A stretch of DNA of 52,418 nt from a virus. Lineage: Duplodnaviria > Heunggongvirae > Uroviricota > Caudoviricetes. A program made the position numbers and the translations under genes. Under the pieces are notes generated by a model that was not told where the DNA came from, did no database searches, and saw nothing but the letters and a program-made list of their open reading frames with translations. Positions 26,235 through 35,800 of this stretch are shown piece after piece. Every line of letters begins with the position of its first letter. Position 1 is the first letter of the stretch. Location: IMG/VR virus record IMGVR_UViG_3300032579_000006; one strand, given 5' to 3'.

Positions 26235-26391
26235 AGACGGCAGTGAAGTGCCAGAATTGGACAAGCCAGTCACTTTGCACGTAAAGACAAAGTGTCCAGA
26301 GAAGTGGTTGCTAATAGACATGGAAACTGATGAAGTTTACGTCGGTAGCGCAATTGGCCCGCTTCATTGGGATAAGGTTGAGGAAGAATAG
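26215..26391 (+). CDS. Small hypothetical protein
   Basis: TKCPEKWLLIDMETDEVYVG; GGAG upstream. Confidence 0.6.
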   Translation: MKTRKLKDGSEVPELDKPVTLHVKTKCPEKWLLIDMETDEVYVGSAIGPLHWDKVEEE

Positions 26392-27366
26392 TTGAAAGTC
26401 TTAGTAACTGGCGGATATGGTTTTATAGGCCATAACGTTGTTCAACAGTTAGAACATCTGGGTCATTCAGTTGTCATAGTTGATAACTGTACAAATTATG
26501 ATAGCATTCCATGGAAAGAACTGTTCTCACTTCAGAAAGAACGCAGTCAGTTTATAAAAACTAATGCAAACTATCGTTTAGATATAGAATCTAAAGTACT
26601 TAATAAGGTTTTTCAAACACATTGTCCCACCATAGTAATTCACTTAGCCAGCTTTCCTAGACAAAAGACGGTAAGCGCTGATCCTATTATGGGTGCAAGA
26701 ACGATGATAGAAGGATTAGTGAATCTGTGCGAACTTAGTCGAGAGCATAAAGTAACCCGATTCGTAAACGTCAGCAGCAGTATGGTATATGGAGATTTTG
26801 TTGAAAATGTACCAGAAACAGCGCTATGTAACCCGCAAGGTCAATACGGTATTCTAAAACACGCAGGGGAAAAAATAGTACAAGATTGCACTGCACACGG
26901 GTACTTTGATCACACGATTGTTCGCCCTAGTGCAGTATATGGCCCTCGTGACGTTGAAGATAGAGTGGTTGCTAAGTTCATGTTAGCTGCCATCAGGGGT
27001 GAGACTTTAAATGTTAACGGCTCAAAAGAACATTTGGATTTTACTTATGTAGAAGATGCTGCCGCCGGCATAGTGGGAGCAGCATTAAGTGAAAACACTG
27101 CTAATAAAACTTACAATATAACACGAAGCCAAAGCCGTAGTCTACTGGAAGCTGCTGAGTTAGCTATAAAAATTGCAGGTAAAGGCAATATTGTCATCAA
27201 TCCCAAAAATCAAAATTATCCTAGTAGAGGGTCTCTCAACACCTTTGCGGCGCAAAGAGATTTTGGTTTTAATCCAAAAATAGATATCGAAGAAGGATTC
27301 CAACGATACTATGAGTATCTTACAAGTTCCCTTTACTGGTCTAGCAAGACAGTACAACAATCTTAA
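26392..27366 (+). CDS. NAD-dependent nucleotide-sugar epimerase/dehydratase (extended SDR)
   Basis: TTG start; VTGGYGFIG, VSSSMVYG, YGILK, RPSAVYGP, DFTYVEDAA. Confidence 0.93.
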   Translation: MKVLVTGGYGFIGHNVVQQLEHLGHSVVIVDNCTNYDSIPWKELFSLQKERSQFIKTNANYRLDIESKVLNKVFQTHCPTIVIHLASFPRQKTVSADPIMGARTMIEGLVNLCELSREHKVTRFVNVSSSMVYGDFVENVPETALCNPQGQYGILKHAGEKIVQDCTAHGYFDHTIVRPSAVYGPRDVEDRVVAKFMLAAIRGETLNVNGSKEHLDFTYVEDAAAGIVGAALSENTANKTYNITRSQSRSLLEAAELAIKIAGKGNIVINPKNQNYPSRGSLNTFAAQRDFGFNPKIDIEEGFQRYYEYLTSSLYWSSKTVQQS

Positions 27367-28387
27367 GGATGAGTTAGCATCAGCAACTCACGATGCCCTT
27401 AAGGAAGGAATCCTTGTTTCCGGGCCGCAAACTGAAATGTTTGAAGCTTGGTTGCGGGACCGATGCTGTGCCGAATTCGCGTTGGTAACTCATTCCGGAA
27501 CACAAGCACTAGAGATTATTGCCCGAGCCGAATTGAATGTAGAAAAAGAATATCACTATCCAGTATCAGATACTATTCGCATTCCTAATCTGACATATCC
27601 TGCAACTCTCAACGCTTTTTTGACTGCAGGATGGAATGTGGAATTAGTCGATGTTGATAAAAACGGATTGATAACAGAATTCCCGCACAACATACATACT
27701 TGTTACGTAGGATTATACGGCGCCGCCGGCAGTAGAAGCTTAGCTAAATTTGAGCAAGTTGCAGATACTCATATAATAGTAGATGGCGCCCAGCATTGGT
27801 TAGCAGATCCTAGTAACATAGGTATCGCTATGGCAATTAGTTTTGATCCTACTAAAAATCTAAATGCCTCTGGTAATGGTGGTGCCATCGTCACTAATGA
27901 CATAGAAATTTATAAGTTTGCTAAAGATTATGTGTCTAATGGCGGAAAGAGACATGAATGCGCAGGTACTAATAGTAAGATGAGCGAAATAGATTGCTCG
28001 CACCTATTAGTCAGATCCAAATATATAGACGGATGGCAAATCCGTCGAAAGAAAATTAGACAATATTACTTGAATGCATTTAAGGATTTGCCCCTGCGCT
28101 GTCTAAGTAGAGACTTCATGTTTCATATGGATCAAAAATTTGTTATTGAAACCGACCGTCGGAATGAATTAGCAGCTTACCTTAATACAAATGGTATAGA
28201 AACGAAAGTTCATTATCCTTATGCTCTAAGTGAACTTCCTATTGCAAAGAACTTAGTCAAGCCAGATTTCATTAGTACCGGCGTGATGCTTACTAGAGGT
28301 GTATTAAGTTTACCTATATATCCCGAGCTTACGGACAATGAAATTGAATATATTGCTAATACGGTAATTACTTTTTACAGTATGTAA
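27311..28387 (+). CDS. DegT/DnrJ/EryC1/StrS PLP-dependent sugar aminotransferase
   Basis: SGTQAL, DGAQH, SFDPTKNL..GNGGAIVT, NSKMSE, VHYPYAL, LSLPIYPEL. Confidence 0.92.
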   Translation: MSILQVPFTGLARQYNNLKDELASATHDALKEGILVSGPQTEMFEAWLRDRCCAEFALVTHSGTQALEIIARAELNVEKEYHYPVSDTIRIPNLTYPATLNAFLTAGWNVELVDVDKNGLITEFPHNIHTCYVGLYGAAGSRSLAKFEQVADTHIIVDGAQHWLADPSNIGIAMAISFDPTKNLNASGNGGAIVTNDIEIYKFAKDYVSNGGKRHECAGTNSKMSEIDCSHLLVRSKYIDGWQIRRKKIRQYYLNAFKDLPLRCLSRDFMFHMDQKFVIETDRRNELAAYLNTNGIETKVHYPYALSELPIAKNLVKPDFISTGVMLTRGVLSLPIYPELTDNEIEYIANTVITFYSM

Positions 28388-28417
28388 TTTATTCAACAAA
28401 GTATAAATAAAGTTGTT

Positions 28418-28885
28418 ATGCTTTGGTTGCTTTCTTTTTTTCCGGGTCTTTTGATTCACCTGCTCTTGTTAGCAGGAGGCCTTGCCCTTTTGGTTTCCTA
28501 TTTTCTCGGACCTATACCTTTTGTAAAGCAATATACTATTCCAATTCGTGTTTTAGGATACGTTCTAGTGTGTTTTGGTTTGTACTACGAAGGTGGACTG
28601 TCATACAAAAAAGACTTAGATTTACGTACAGCAAAAGTAGAAACTAAGATTGCAGTGGCTGCTGAAAAAAGCGCCAGCACAAACACTCAAATTCAAAATA
28701 AAGTGGACGCCGCCGAAAAGATCATTCACGAAAAGGGTGATGATATCATTAAATATATCGACAGAGAAGTTGTGAAGTATGATAATGCATGTGTAATTCC
28801 GCAAGAGGTAATTAAAGCACACAATATAGCAGCAACTATCAATGCTGAGGCGACCGAAGCACCATCTTCTGGAGCACCGCAATGA
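28418..28885 (+). CDS. Inner-membrane spanin (Rz-like)
   Basis: N-terminal TM helices, then coiled coil ending YDNACVIP; TATAAATA at 28402-09. Confidence 0.7.
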   Translation: MLWLLSFFPGLLIHLLLLAGGLALLVSYFLGPIPFVKQYTIPIRVLGYVLVCFGLYYEGGLSYKKDLDLRTAKVETKIAVAAEKSASTNTQIQNKVDAAEKIIHEKGDDIIKYIDREVVKYDNACVIPQEVIKAHNIAATINAEATEAPSSGAPQ

Positions 28886-29148
28886 AACCACTAATAATAA
28901 CATTGCTCGCAGTAATGTTAACTGGATGTGCAACCGTAGTTGCTGCACCTAAATTTCCAGATAGGCCACCTGCGCTTTCTAAAGATTGCGAAGAACTATC
29001 ATTGTTAGCGGAAAACGCTAAACTTAGTGATCTTTTAAAAGTGGTAACTGAAAATTATGTCAAGTATCATATCTGTAAAAACCAAAACAAGGCTTGGAAT
29101 AGCTGGTATGACGAACAAAAAAAGATATATCAATCTGCTATCAAGTAA
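28882..29148 (+). CDS. Outer-membrane lipoprotein spanin (Rz1-like)
   Basis: Lipobox MLTGC, Pro-rich stretch, second Cys pair; overlaps the i-spanin stop. Confidence 0.75.
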   Translation: MKPLIITLLAVMLTGCATVVAAPKFPDRPPALSKDCEELSLLAENAKLSDLLKVVTENYVKYHICKNQNKAWNSWYDEQKKIYQSAIK

Positions 29149-29200
29149 GTAGAATTGTAACTTCCGTTAGATAAATACTTAATAACAACGGAAGGTCTCT

Positions 29201-29758
29201 ATGAGTACGACACCTCAATACAGTCAAGAAATTATTAATATTGGCGCAGCACCTAATGACCAACAAGGTGATCCGTTACGTGTTGCATTCAGTAAGATCA
29301 ACAATAATTTCTCAACTCTGTTTCAGACCTTTGTAAATTCAACTATATCATATACATCCGGTAATGTTCCAGGACAAGTAATATTTGAGACACCGGTCTC
29401 TACGTTTACTGAGGGACAATTCTACATCAAGTCATACAATGACGGAACACCAGACAGCCAGACAATTCAGCTATATGCACAAGTTAACGATGGCGGTAAT
29501 GCAGTAAAATTTACTGGATATGGATCGACCTTTTTTGGAAACAGCGTATCACTCTATGACATGATTGTTGATTCGGGTAGCGGAAATGTACAAATACTGT
29601 CCAATCCTCTACTGTCAGCGGACTTAACACACTTCATTTCTTCTCAAATTATGTGGGTTGGTCCAAATGTTCCGGGTGCATATATCTCCACAGAAAACTC
29701 CTTAAATTCGTCTCTGGCTACTGAAACAGTAGTAGACATCACCACAGAGCAACCGTAA
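29201..29758 (+). CDS. Virion baseplate/tail-associated protein
   Basis: INIGAAPNDQQGDPLRVAFSKINNNF resembles the T4 gp9/gp10-type N-terminal motif; TAAATA at 29172-77. Confidence 0.65.
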   Translation: MSTTPQYSQEIINIGAAPNDQQGDPLRVAFSKINNNFSTLFQTFVNSTISYTSGNVPGQVIFETPVSTFTEGQFYIKSYNDGTPDSQTIQLYAQVNDGGNAVKFTGYGSTFFGNSVSLYDMIVDSGSGNVQILSNPLLSADLTHFISSQIMWVGPNVPGAYISTENSLNSSLATETVVDITTEQP

Positions 29759-30183
29759 TGAGAGCTTGGGAGTTTATAGTAGAAAGCGCACAGCCGTTAC
29801 TTCCGGAACAACCAGGCTCTCCTACACCACCGGAAACTAAACTTTTACCAGACCAATTTGATGCTTTACCTGCAACGTATACTATACCAGGATTACCTAA
29901 TCAGGATCCCTATCTACAGTATAGATTTGGTGTAGCTATTGCTGGAGCCAAAGGTGCTTCTGCCCGCAGGGATGACGGAGTAAGCAGCATGACTCGTGAA
30001 AGTCCTTTCGGCGAGGGTGAGATAGTAGTTAGTTATGGTCATGATGCTGGACCATACATTGATGACGCACTAAAACAAATGGGACTGCGAGGCAAAAAGA
30101 TGATTAGCAGCCCTACTAGTATTGAAACTAAGGATGTTGATAAAAGCAGTCCATTGAAGGCATTTAAAGGATACAAGAGATGA
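29758..30183 (+). CDS. Probable internal head protein, paralog A
   Basis: MRAWEFIVE start; PYLQYRFGVAIAGA; ends SPLKAFKGYKR. Confidence 0.6.
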   Translation: MRAWEFIVESAQPLLPEQPGSPTPPETKLLPDQFDALPATYTIPGLPNQDPYLQYRFGVAIAGAKGASARRDDGVSSMTRESPFGEGEIVVSYGHDAGPYIDDALKQMGLRGKKMISSPTSIETKDVDKSSPLKAFKGYKR

Positions 30184-30563
30184 GAGCGCACGAATTTATT
30201 ACTGAATCTGACACACCTGCAAACCCTAAGGCATTTGCTGATGGTCAAATGGATGCTATCAAGGGCGCGATCAGCATGCCGGATATAAGCATCAATAAGT
30301 CAAACGGTAATCCTTATCTGGCTTGGCGTTTTGGTATTGCGATGGCCGGAGCTCCGGATTATCCAACTCCGCCGGTTGGTCCGATGGCAGGCGACCCTCT
30401 ACTTTCTACCTACACTGATGTTGAACTAGAAATAATCAATGTTGCTGCTAAAACAGTTGGTGCGGGCAGAGTAAAGAAACTGAGTGATAATCGTAGTACA
30501 GAGCTATCTAACACTCAAAAGAATAGCCCAATTAAAGCATTTAAGGGCTATAAGAAAAAATAA
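30180..30563 (+). CDS. Probable internal head protein, paralog B
   Basis: MRAHEFITE start; PYLAWRFGIAMAGA; ends SPIKAFKGYKKK. Confidence 0.6.
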   Translation: MRAHEFITESDTPANPKAFADGQMDAIKGAISMPDISINKSNGNPYLAWRFGIAMAGAPDYPTPPVGPMAGDPLLSTYTDVELEIINVAAKTVGAGRVKKLSDNRSTELSNTQKNSPIKAFKGYKKK

Positions 30564-30592
30564 CTGAGTTGTTTTCATGAATAAGTAATTTC

Positions 30593-31297
30593 ATGACAAC
30601 ATCAGCAGACATCAATCAAACTCTAGACCTAGTTAAGCTACGTTTTTATAACGATTGGCTATACCATGCTCATATCTATGATGAAGGTGAAAGCCAATTT
30701 CACGCTCAACTTACTAAACAAGTTGTGGAAACGTACATCGATCCGCTTAACCTGCCTAAGGATGCACACATCTTAGATTTGGGATGCGGCACCGGATATT
30801 TTCTAGATGAAATGAAGGAACGCAACTATACTAATCTGGTCGGAGTGACACTAAGTCCTGGAGATATCCAAGTTTGTGAAAATAAGGGTCATACGATCAA
30901 GAAGTATGATTTATCATTTCTGCCTCAAACTGACGGTTACTATGATGAATCAGTAGACTTTATTTTCTTGCGCCATGCATTGGAACATTCACCCTATCCT
31001 ATTTTCTCTCTTATGGAGTACAATAGAGTTTTGAAGCAAGGATCAAAGATTTATATCGAAGTTCCTGCACCTGACTGCGAGCGTCAGCATGAGTTTAATC
31101 TCAATCACTATAGCATTTTAGGTTCTAACCAATTGGGTGCCCTTCTGATTAGATGTGGATTCAACATTGATCAGTTTAATAATCTAGAGTTTGACTTGAA
31201 TGTACCAGATGCGGAAGATCCTACTAAAACTAAAACTGTTAAAGAAAAGTACTTCTGCATAGTAGCTACTAAAGCTAGACCTCTGGATATCAAGTAA
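30593..31297 (+). CDS. Class I SAM-dependent methyltransferase
   Basis: ILDLGCGTG, VDFIFLRHALEH, RVLKQG. Confidence 0.9.
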   Translation: MTTSADINQTLDLVKLRFYNDWLYHAHIYDEGESQFHAQLTKQVVETYIDPLNLPKDAHILDLGCGTGYFLDEMKERNYTNLVGVTLSPGDIQVCENKGHTIKKYDLSFLPQTDGYYDESVDFIFLRHALEHSPYPIFSLMEYNRVLKQGSKIYIEVPAPDCERQHEFNLNHYSILGSNQLGALLIRCGFNIDQFNNLEFDLNVPDAEDPTKTKTVKEKYFCIVATKARPLDIK

Positions 31298-31353
31298 TGT
31301 AGGAAATGAATTTTCTACAAGCCATGATAAATACATTAAAGGGTTAGATATCA

Positions 31354-31641
31354 ATGGCATCATATATTCAAACACCGTCGGGTTCAACCGCAAGAGTTGG
31401 TCCCATATTAACAGACAAAGTGAGAATTGCTACTACTTCATCGGCAATTGCGGTGAACGTAGGTAATTCTAGTGTCACCGCAAATGTTACTGCATGTGAA
31501 GTAATTCCTGCAAATACAGTAGAGCGCAGCTTCCTGGTAGGACAAGGCAATTATATTGCCTATATTAATGTTAATGGCACCGCTGCACCGTTCTCGATAA
31601 CGGAATTGGGAGCCCCTCATGTAAACACAGGATCTGAATAA
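31354..31641 (+). CDS. Small beta-rich late (virion?) protein
   Basis: TAAATA at 31328-33; Thr/Ser/Val-rich 95-aa ORF. Confidence 0.7.
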   Translation: MASYIQTPSGSTARVGPILTDKVRIATTSSAIAVNVGNSSVTANVTACEVIPANTVERSFLVGQGNYIAYINVNGTAAPFSITELGAPHVNTGSE

Positions 31642-31915
31642 TGGACGCACCGGCCAAATTACAACCGCAAACACTACTATAAACAAGGGCACGACAGCAG
31701 CTTTTACTGTTAATAATTCATATATTACTAGTGCAAAAGATATGGTCATTGTAAACATCGCTAGCGGTGCATCTGTAAATTATTCAGTCAGTGTCAATTC
31801 TGTAAATGCCGCAGGTAGTTTTGTAATAGTAATTGATAACTGTGATGGTACAGGCTCGGGCTCTAATGCCGCAGATACATTGGTAATCAATTTTGCTGTT
31901 ATAAAGGTAAGTTAA
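31625..31915 (+). pseudogene. Start-less open frame encoding a phage tail-type beta domain (+1 frame relative to 31354-31641)
   Basis: 96 open codons NNGRTGQITT...FTVNNSYI...VIVNIASGA...LVINFAVIKVS; first ATG only at 31742. Confidence 0.5.
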
Positions 31916-31916
31916 C

Positions 31917-32195
31917 ATGTTTGATGCATTTAAACAAGCAAAACTACAAAATGCATATCAGACTATGCGCAACTATCAATTGCCGCCGGAAAAAGAAACG
32001 ACGATTGAAGAACTAAAACGTCTCAGTGGAAACGGCAGGGTAAATGGTGAAGTAGAACCAGTAGACCCTGCCCTAAACACCAAAAAGCATCAATATATCC
32101 GGGACAACAATATTAGGCCCGGAGCTCCGGAATGGTTTAAAGTAATGTTTGCTAAACCACATCTTACTGGTGAGGATCCCTTCTCAAAAAAGTAG
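31917..32195 (+). CDS. Hypothetical protein upstream of terminase
   Basis: 92-aa ORF with IRPGAPEWFK motif. Confidence 0.65.
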   Translation: MFDAFKQAKLQNAYQTMRNYQLPPEKETTIEELKRLSGNGRVNGEVEPVDPALNTKKHQYIRDNNIRPGAPEWFKVMFAKPHLTGEDPFSKK

Positions 32196-32216
32196 TATAT
32201 TATACTAAATAATATC

Positions 32217-33764
32217 ATGAGCAATCAACCAACACTAATAAAAGATCCATATAAGAAGACGGTCTTCAAGAATAAAAAAGAACTTGAGGACTTCATGAAG
32301 TGTTGTGATCCTGAAACCGGATATCTATACTTTATGGATAACTTTTTCTACATTCAACATCCTACTAAAGGTAGTATGTTATATCACCCGTGGCCTTATC
32401 AAGAAAGATTGATAGAAACATACCACAAGTATAGATTCTCTATATCGCTAATGCCTAGACAGTCAGGTAAGTCAACATCCGCTGCTGGTTACCTACTTTG
32501 GTATGCAATGTTCGTTCCTGACTCTACGATTCTTATTGCAGCACACAAATATACTGGTGCACAAGAAATCATGCAGAGAATAAGGTATGCGTATGAAAAC
32601 TGTCCAGATCACATAAAGGCAGGAGTCACTACATACAATAAGGGCTCTTTAGATTTTGAAAACGGTTCTCGTATTGTATCCGCCACTACTACTGAAAACA
32701 CCGGTCGTGGTATGTCTATCACGCTGCTATATCTTGACGAATTTGCGTTCGTTAGACCTAGCATTGCTAAAGAATTTTGGACATCCATTACTCCTACGCT
32801 AGCAACTGGTGGTAAGGCAATCATCACGTCAACGCCAAACTCAGACGAAGACCAATTCGCGTTGATTTGGAAGGGTGCAAATAAAACGGAAGATGAGTTC
32901 GGTAATACGACTGAGTTAGGTGTAAACGGATTCAGAGCATATCGAGCTTATTGGAAAGAGCAGCCAGGAAGAGATGAGAAATGGGCAAACGAGATCCGCG
33001 CCCAGTTAGGTGATGATCGTTTTGGTCGAGAAATAGATTGTAACTTCATCATTGCGGATGAAACCTTAATAAATCCAAATACACTGTTGATGTTAGATGG
33101 CATAGAACCTATAACTAGAATGGGACAAGTTCGCTGGTATAAGACACCAGAAAAGGGAAAGTTGTATGTAGTTGCATTGGACCCCTCATTGGGTACTGGT
33201 GGAGATCCGGCTGCTATGCAAATATTTGAAGCCAGTACGACTACTCAAATAGGTGAGTGGAAGCATAACAAAACTGATATTCCCAGTCAGATTAAGCTAA
33301 TGGCACAGATCACCAAATACATAGCTGAATGCACTGGTGAGCCCAACAACATTTATTATTCTGTGGAAAATAACTCTATTGGTGAAGCGTCATTGATCTC
33401 ACTGGCAGAATACGGAGAAGCCAACATTCAGGGTACGTTTATCAGTGAACCAGGTAAGAAACGTAAAGGATTCAACACTAGCCAAAAGCCCAAATTAGCA
33501 GCGTGTGCAAAATTCAAGACACTGTTAGAATCAAAAAAGATGACAATATATAGCCGATCGCTGATCAGCGAACTTAAGGCTTTTGTCGCAAACGGGGGCA
33601 GTTATGCTGCTAAGATCGGCGATACCGATGATTTAGTTATGTCATCCCTGTTAGCAGTTAGAATGATGCAACAACTAGCGGATTTTCATGGTGATCTGGA
33701 ATCTCAAATTCGTGACCATGACGAGTTTGTTGCTCCGCTTCCATTCTTTGCAATCTTTGGCTAA
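32217..33764 (+). CDS. terL: Terminase large subunit (T4 gp17-like)
   Basis: MPRQSGKS Walker A, LYLDEFAF Walker B, ITSTPN, VALDPSLG nuclease, DDLVMS. Confidence 0.95.
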   Translation: MSNQPTLIKDPYKKTVFKNKKELEDFMKCCDPETGYLYFMDNFFYIQHPTKGSMLYHPWPYQERLIETYHKYRFSISLMPRQSGKSTSAAGYLLWYAMFVPDSTILIAAHKYTGAQEIMQRIRYAYENCPDHIKAGVTTYNKGSLDFENGSRIVSATTTENTGRGMSITLLYLDEFAFVRPSIAKEFWTSITPTLATGGKAIITSTPNSDEDQFALIWKGANKTEDEFGNTTELGVNGFRAYRAYWKEQPGRDEKWANEIRAQLGDDRFGREIDCNFIIADETLINPNTLLMLDGIEPITRMGQVRWYKTPEKGKLYVVALDPSLGTGGDPAAMQIFEASTTTQIGEWKHNKTDIPSQIKLMAQITKYIAECTGEPNNIYYSVENNSIGEASLISLAEYGEANIQGTFISEPGKKRKGFNTSQKPKLAACAKFKTLLESKKMTIYSRSLISELKAFVANGGSYAAKIGDTDDLVMSSLLAVRMMQQLADFHGDLESQIRDHDEFVAPLPFFAIFG

Positions 33765-33782
33765 GTTGGCATAAATATCATT

Positions 33783-35642
33783 ATGGCCACAGATTCAGAA
33801 TCCTTTAACCGCGATTTGTACGACTTACTTAAAGTGAGAGGGTATAAACCTGTACCGCTCGATTCAAAAAACCAACGTGTTCCTGCATCGCAAAGTGCAG
33901 ATGTTATGGAATTTACGTTTGTCAAGGATGACAAAGAGTATGGTAAAGCTTGGGTAAGTATCGATGATGTACAAAATGTCATTGTGTATTATGATAGTGA
34001 ACAACAAGATAGTCCCAATAATATAACACCGGGAGTCGAATACGATGATACCTGGACAGGGTTCTTAAAGAACCTTAAGACATGGGCACAACGTAGACAG
34101 CTTAGCTTCGAATTATCAAACAAAGATCGCTTGGGCGACGACATGAGACAACGGGAATATTACAAGATGAAAGAAAAAGTTTCAGAAGGCTACTACCCGA
34201 TGGGTAAGAAGGCCAGCTACAATGACGCAGTACCAAACGTAAAGATCATCCTACAGCACAATCGCAATATCGAAGAAGGTGAACAGCGCTATCGCAACGT
34301 CGCTCGCATCTATCTAGAAAACGTCGATGGCGAAAGATTCTTAGCACCTACAAACAAGCCAGGTGTCGCACGAGTGTATGCACGTCATATTGCTGAAGGT
34401 GGTCTGCCTAATGATGAGCGCTGGAACCACATCAAGGGACTATGCGAAGAATACAACAAGATGGCAGGCTTTGTGAGAGCTACCCGTAATAAGCAATTTA
34501 ACGAATCAGCACAAGCTTTAGTTAATGAGGGCTTAAATCATTATAATAAGTTGCGCGAAAACCTAAACAAAATGACTGGTCATCGCGGATACACTGCATA
34601 TTTCGAATCATGGACTCCTACTCTTATGGAAAACGAAAACGATTCGTCTTCTATAAATGAACTTTTCGTACAAGAAACTACTGACCCTCGCATCGAATCA
34701 GTAATGCCTATCCTTGCTCGCCTTCAGAAGAAGGTAAATGAAATGAGCGAAGTCAACGAACTAGCAGAGTGGGCTGATGGAATCGCTAACGAGCATCTGG
34801 AAGAAGTTTCTGATCCGTACAAGAAAGACGAAATGAAAGATTTCAAGACCCAACAGCGTCAAGGATTAAAATCAACCAATCCGGATCTCAAAAATGTAGA
34901 GGATTTGGATGATATTGAAGAAGCTACTGGTACTGAAAAGATGTTAAGAAAGATACCAGGATTCAAGAGATATCAAGCTGGTGAAAAGTCTAAAGACAAT
35001 AAAACTCTTGCTAATTTAATGTTACACGGAGAAATAGAAGGTGATTCTGCGACTGATCCTAAGGACATTAATTTAGGTAAGTCTGCGGCCCGTGCGGCAC
35101 AAAGATTTGACAAAATCGCTAAAGGTAAAAAGCCATTCAGTAATGAAGAAGTAGAAGAAGCTTTAGAACCTTGGATGGGTAAGGACCTTGATACGCCTGC
35201 TTACCTTCGTAAGAAGAAGTATGACGATGCAAAGAAGGACGCAGAATTGGGCGGACCAAAACTTCGTAGAGTTAAGGACAATCCAGAAGAAGTAAAAGAA
35301 ACTGCTTACGAAAAGGATCTAGCAGATCACGAACCTAGAAAGGTTTCTGGAGTTTATGGTGCAAAGTCTAAGTCCTTTAACAAGAAGTTTAAAAATCAAG
35401 CGGCACAAGACAAGTTTTTTGATCATCCAGATAACGAGGGCAACTACGAAATCCACTACGTGTCCAAAGTAGATGAAACGGTTGAAGAAGACTTAGATGC
35501 AAATCAAAAGCGCGCCGGACAACTTGGACCTACAGAAAAGGTCAAGAATAATAATATTGGCAAACTAGTAGGCGCAAATGAATCGACTGAATTCCCAGAA
35601 GAATTACAGCGTATTATGGACATTGCCCGTTTTAGACTATAA
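33783..35642 (+). CDS. Late, acidic, probably head-core/scaffold-like protein
   Basis: TAAATA at 33772-77; charged C-half segmented by LEE/IEE/VEE motifs. Confidence 0.55.
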   Translation: MATDSESFNRDLYDLLKVRGYKPVPLDSKNQRVPASQSADVMEFTFVKDDKEYGKAWVSIDDVQNVIVYYDSEQQDSPNNITPGVEYDDTWTGFLKNLKTWAQRRQLSFELSNKDRLGDDMRQREYYKMKEKVSEGYYPMGKKASYNDAVPNVKIILQHNRNIEEGEQRYRNVARIYLENVDGERFLAPTNKPGVARVYARHIAEGGLPNDERWNHIKGLCEEYNKMAGFVRATRNKQFNESAQALVNEGLNHYNKLRENLNKMTGHRGYTAYFESWTPTLMENENDSSSINELFVQETTDPRIESVMPILARLQKKVNEMSEVNELAEWADGIANEHLEEVSDPYKKDEMKDFKTQQRQGLKSTNPDLKNVEDLDDIEEATGTEKMLRKIPGFKRYQAGEKSKDNKTLANLMLHGEIEGDSATDPKDINLGKSAARAAQRFDKIAKGKKPFSNEEVEEALEPWMGKDLDTPAYLRKKKYDDAKKDAELGGPKLRRVKDNPEEVKETAYEKDLADHEPRKVSGVYGAKSKSFNKKFKNQAAQDKFFDHPDNEGNYEIHYVSKVDETVEEDLDANQKRAGQLGPTEKVKNNNIGKLVGANESTEFPEELQRIMDIARFRL

Positions 35643-35679
35643 CGCAATAAACTATTATATTACTTACCCATTACTGGGG

Positions 35680-35716
35680 TAAATACATTGACATCTGATG
35701 AAGTATACGTTATATT
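35680..35716 (+). promoter_or_regulatory. Tandem late (TAAATA) and sigma70 (TTGACA-17-TATATT) promoters of the SSB gene
   Basis: TAAATA at 35680-85, TTGACA at 35688-93, TATATT at 35711-16. Confidence 0.7.
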
Positions 35717-35800
35717 TCATCATATGTTAGTTGTCTCCAAACAACGACATTAAAACATACTCAGGCTCAACTTAGGCACATTTAAAAGGAGAAAATAAAA

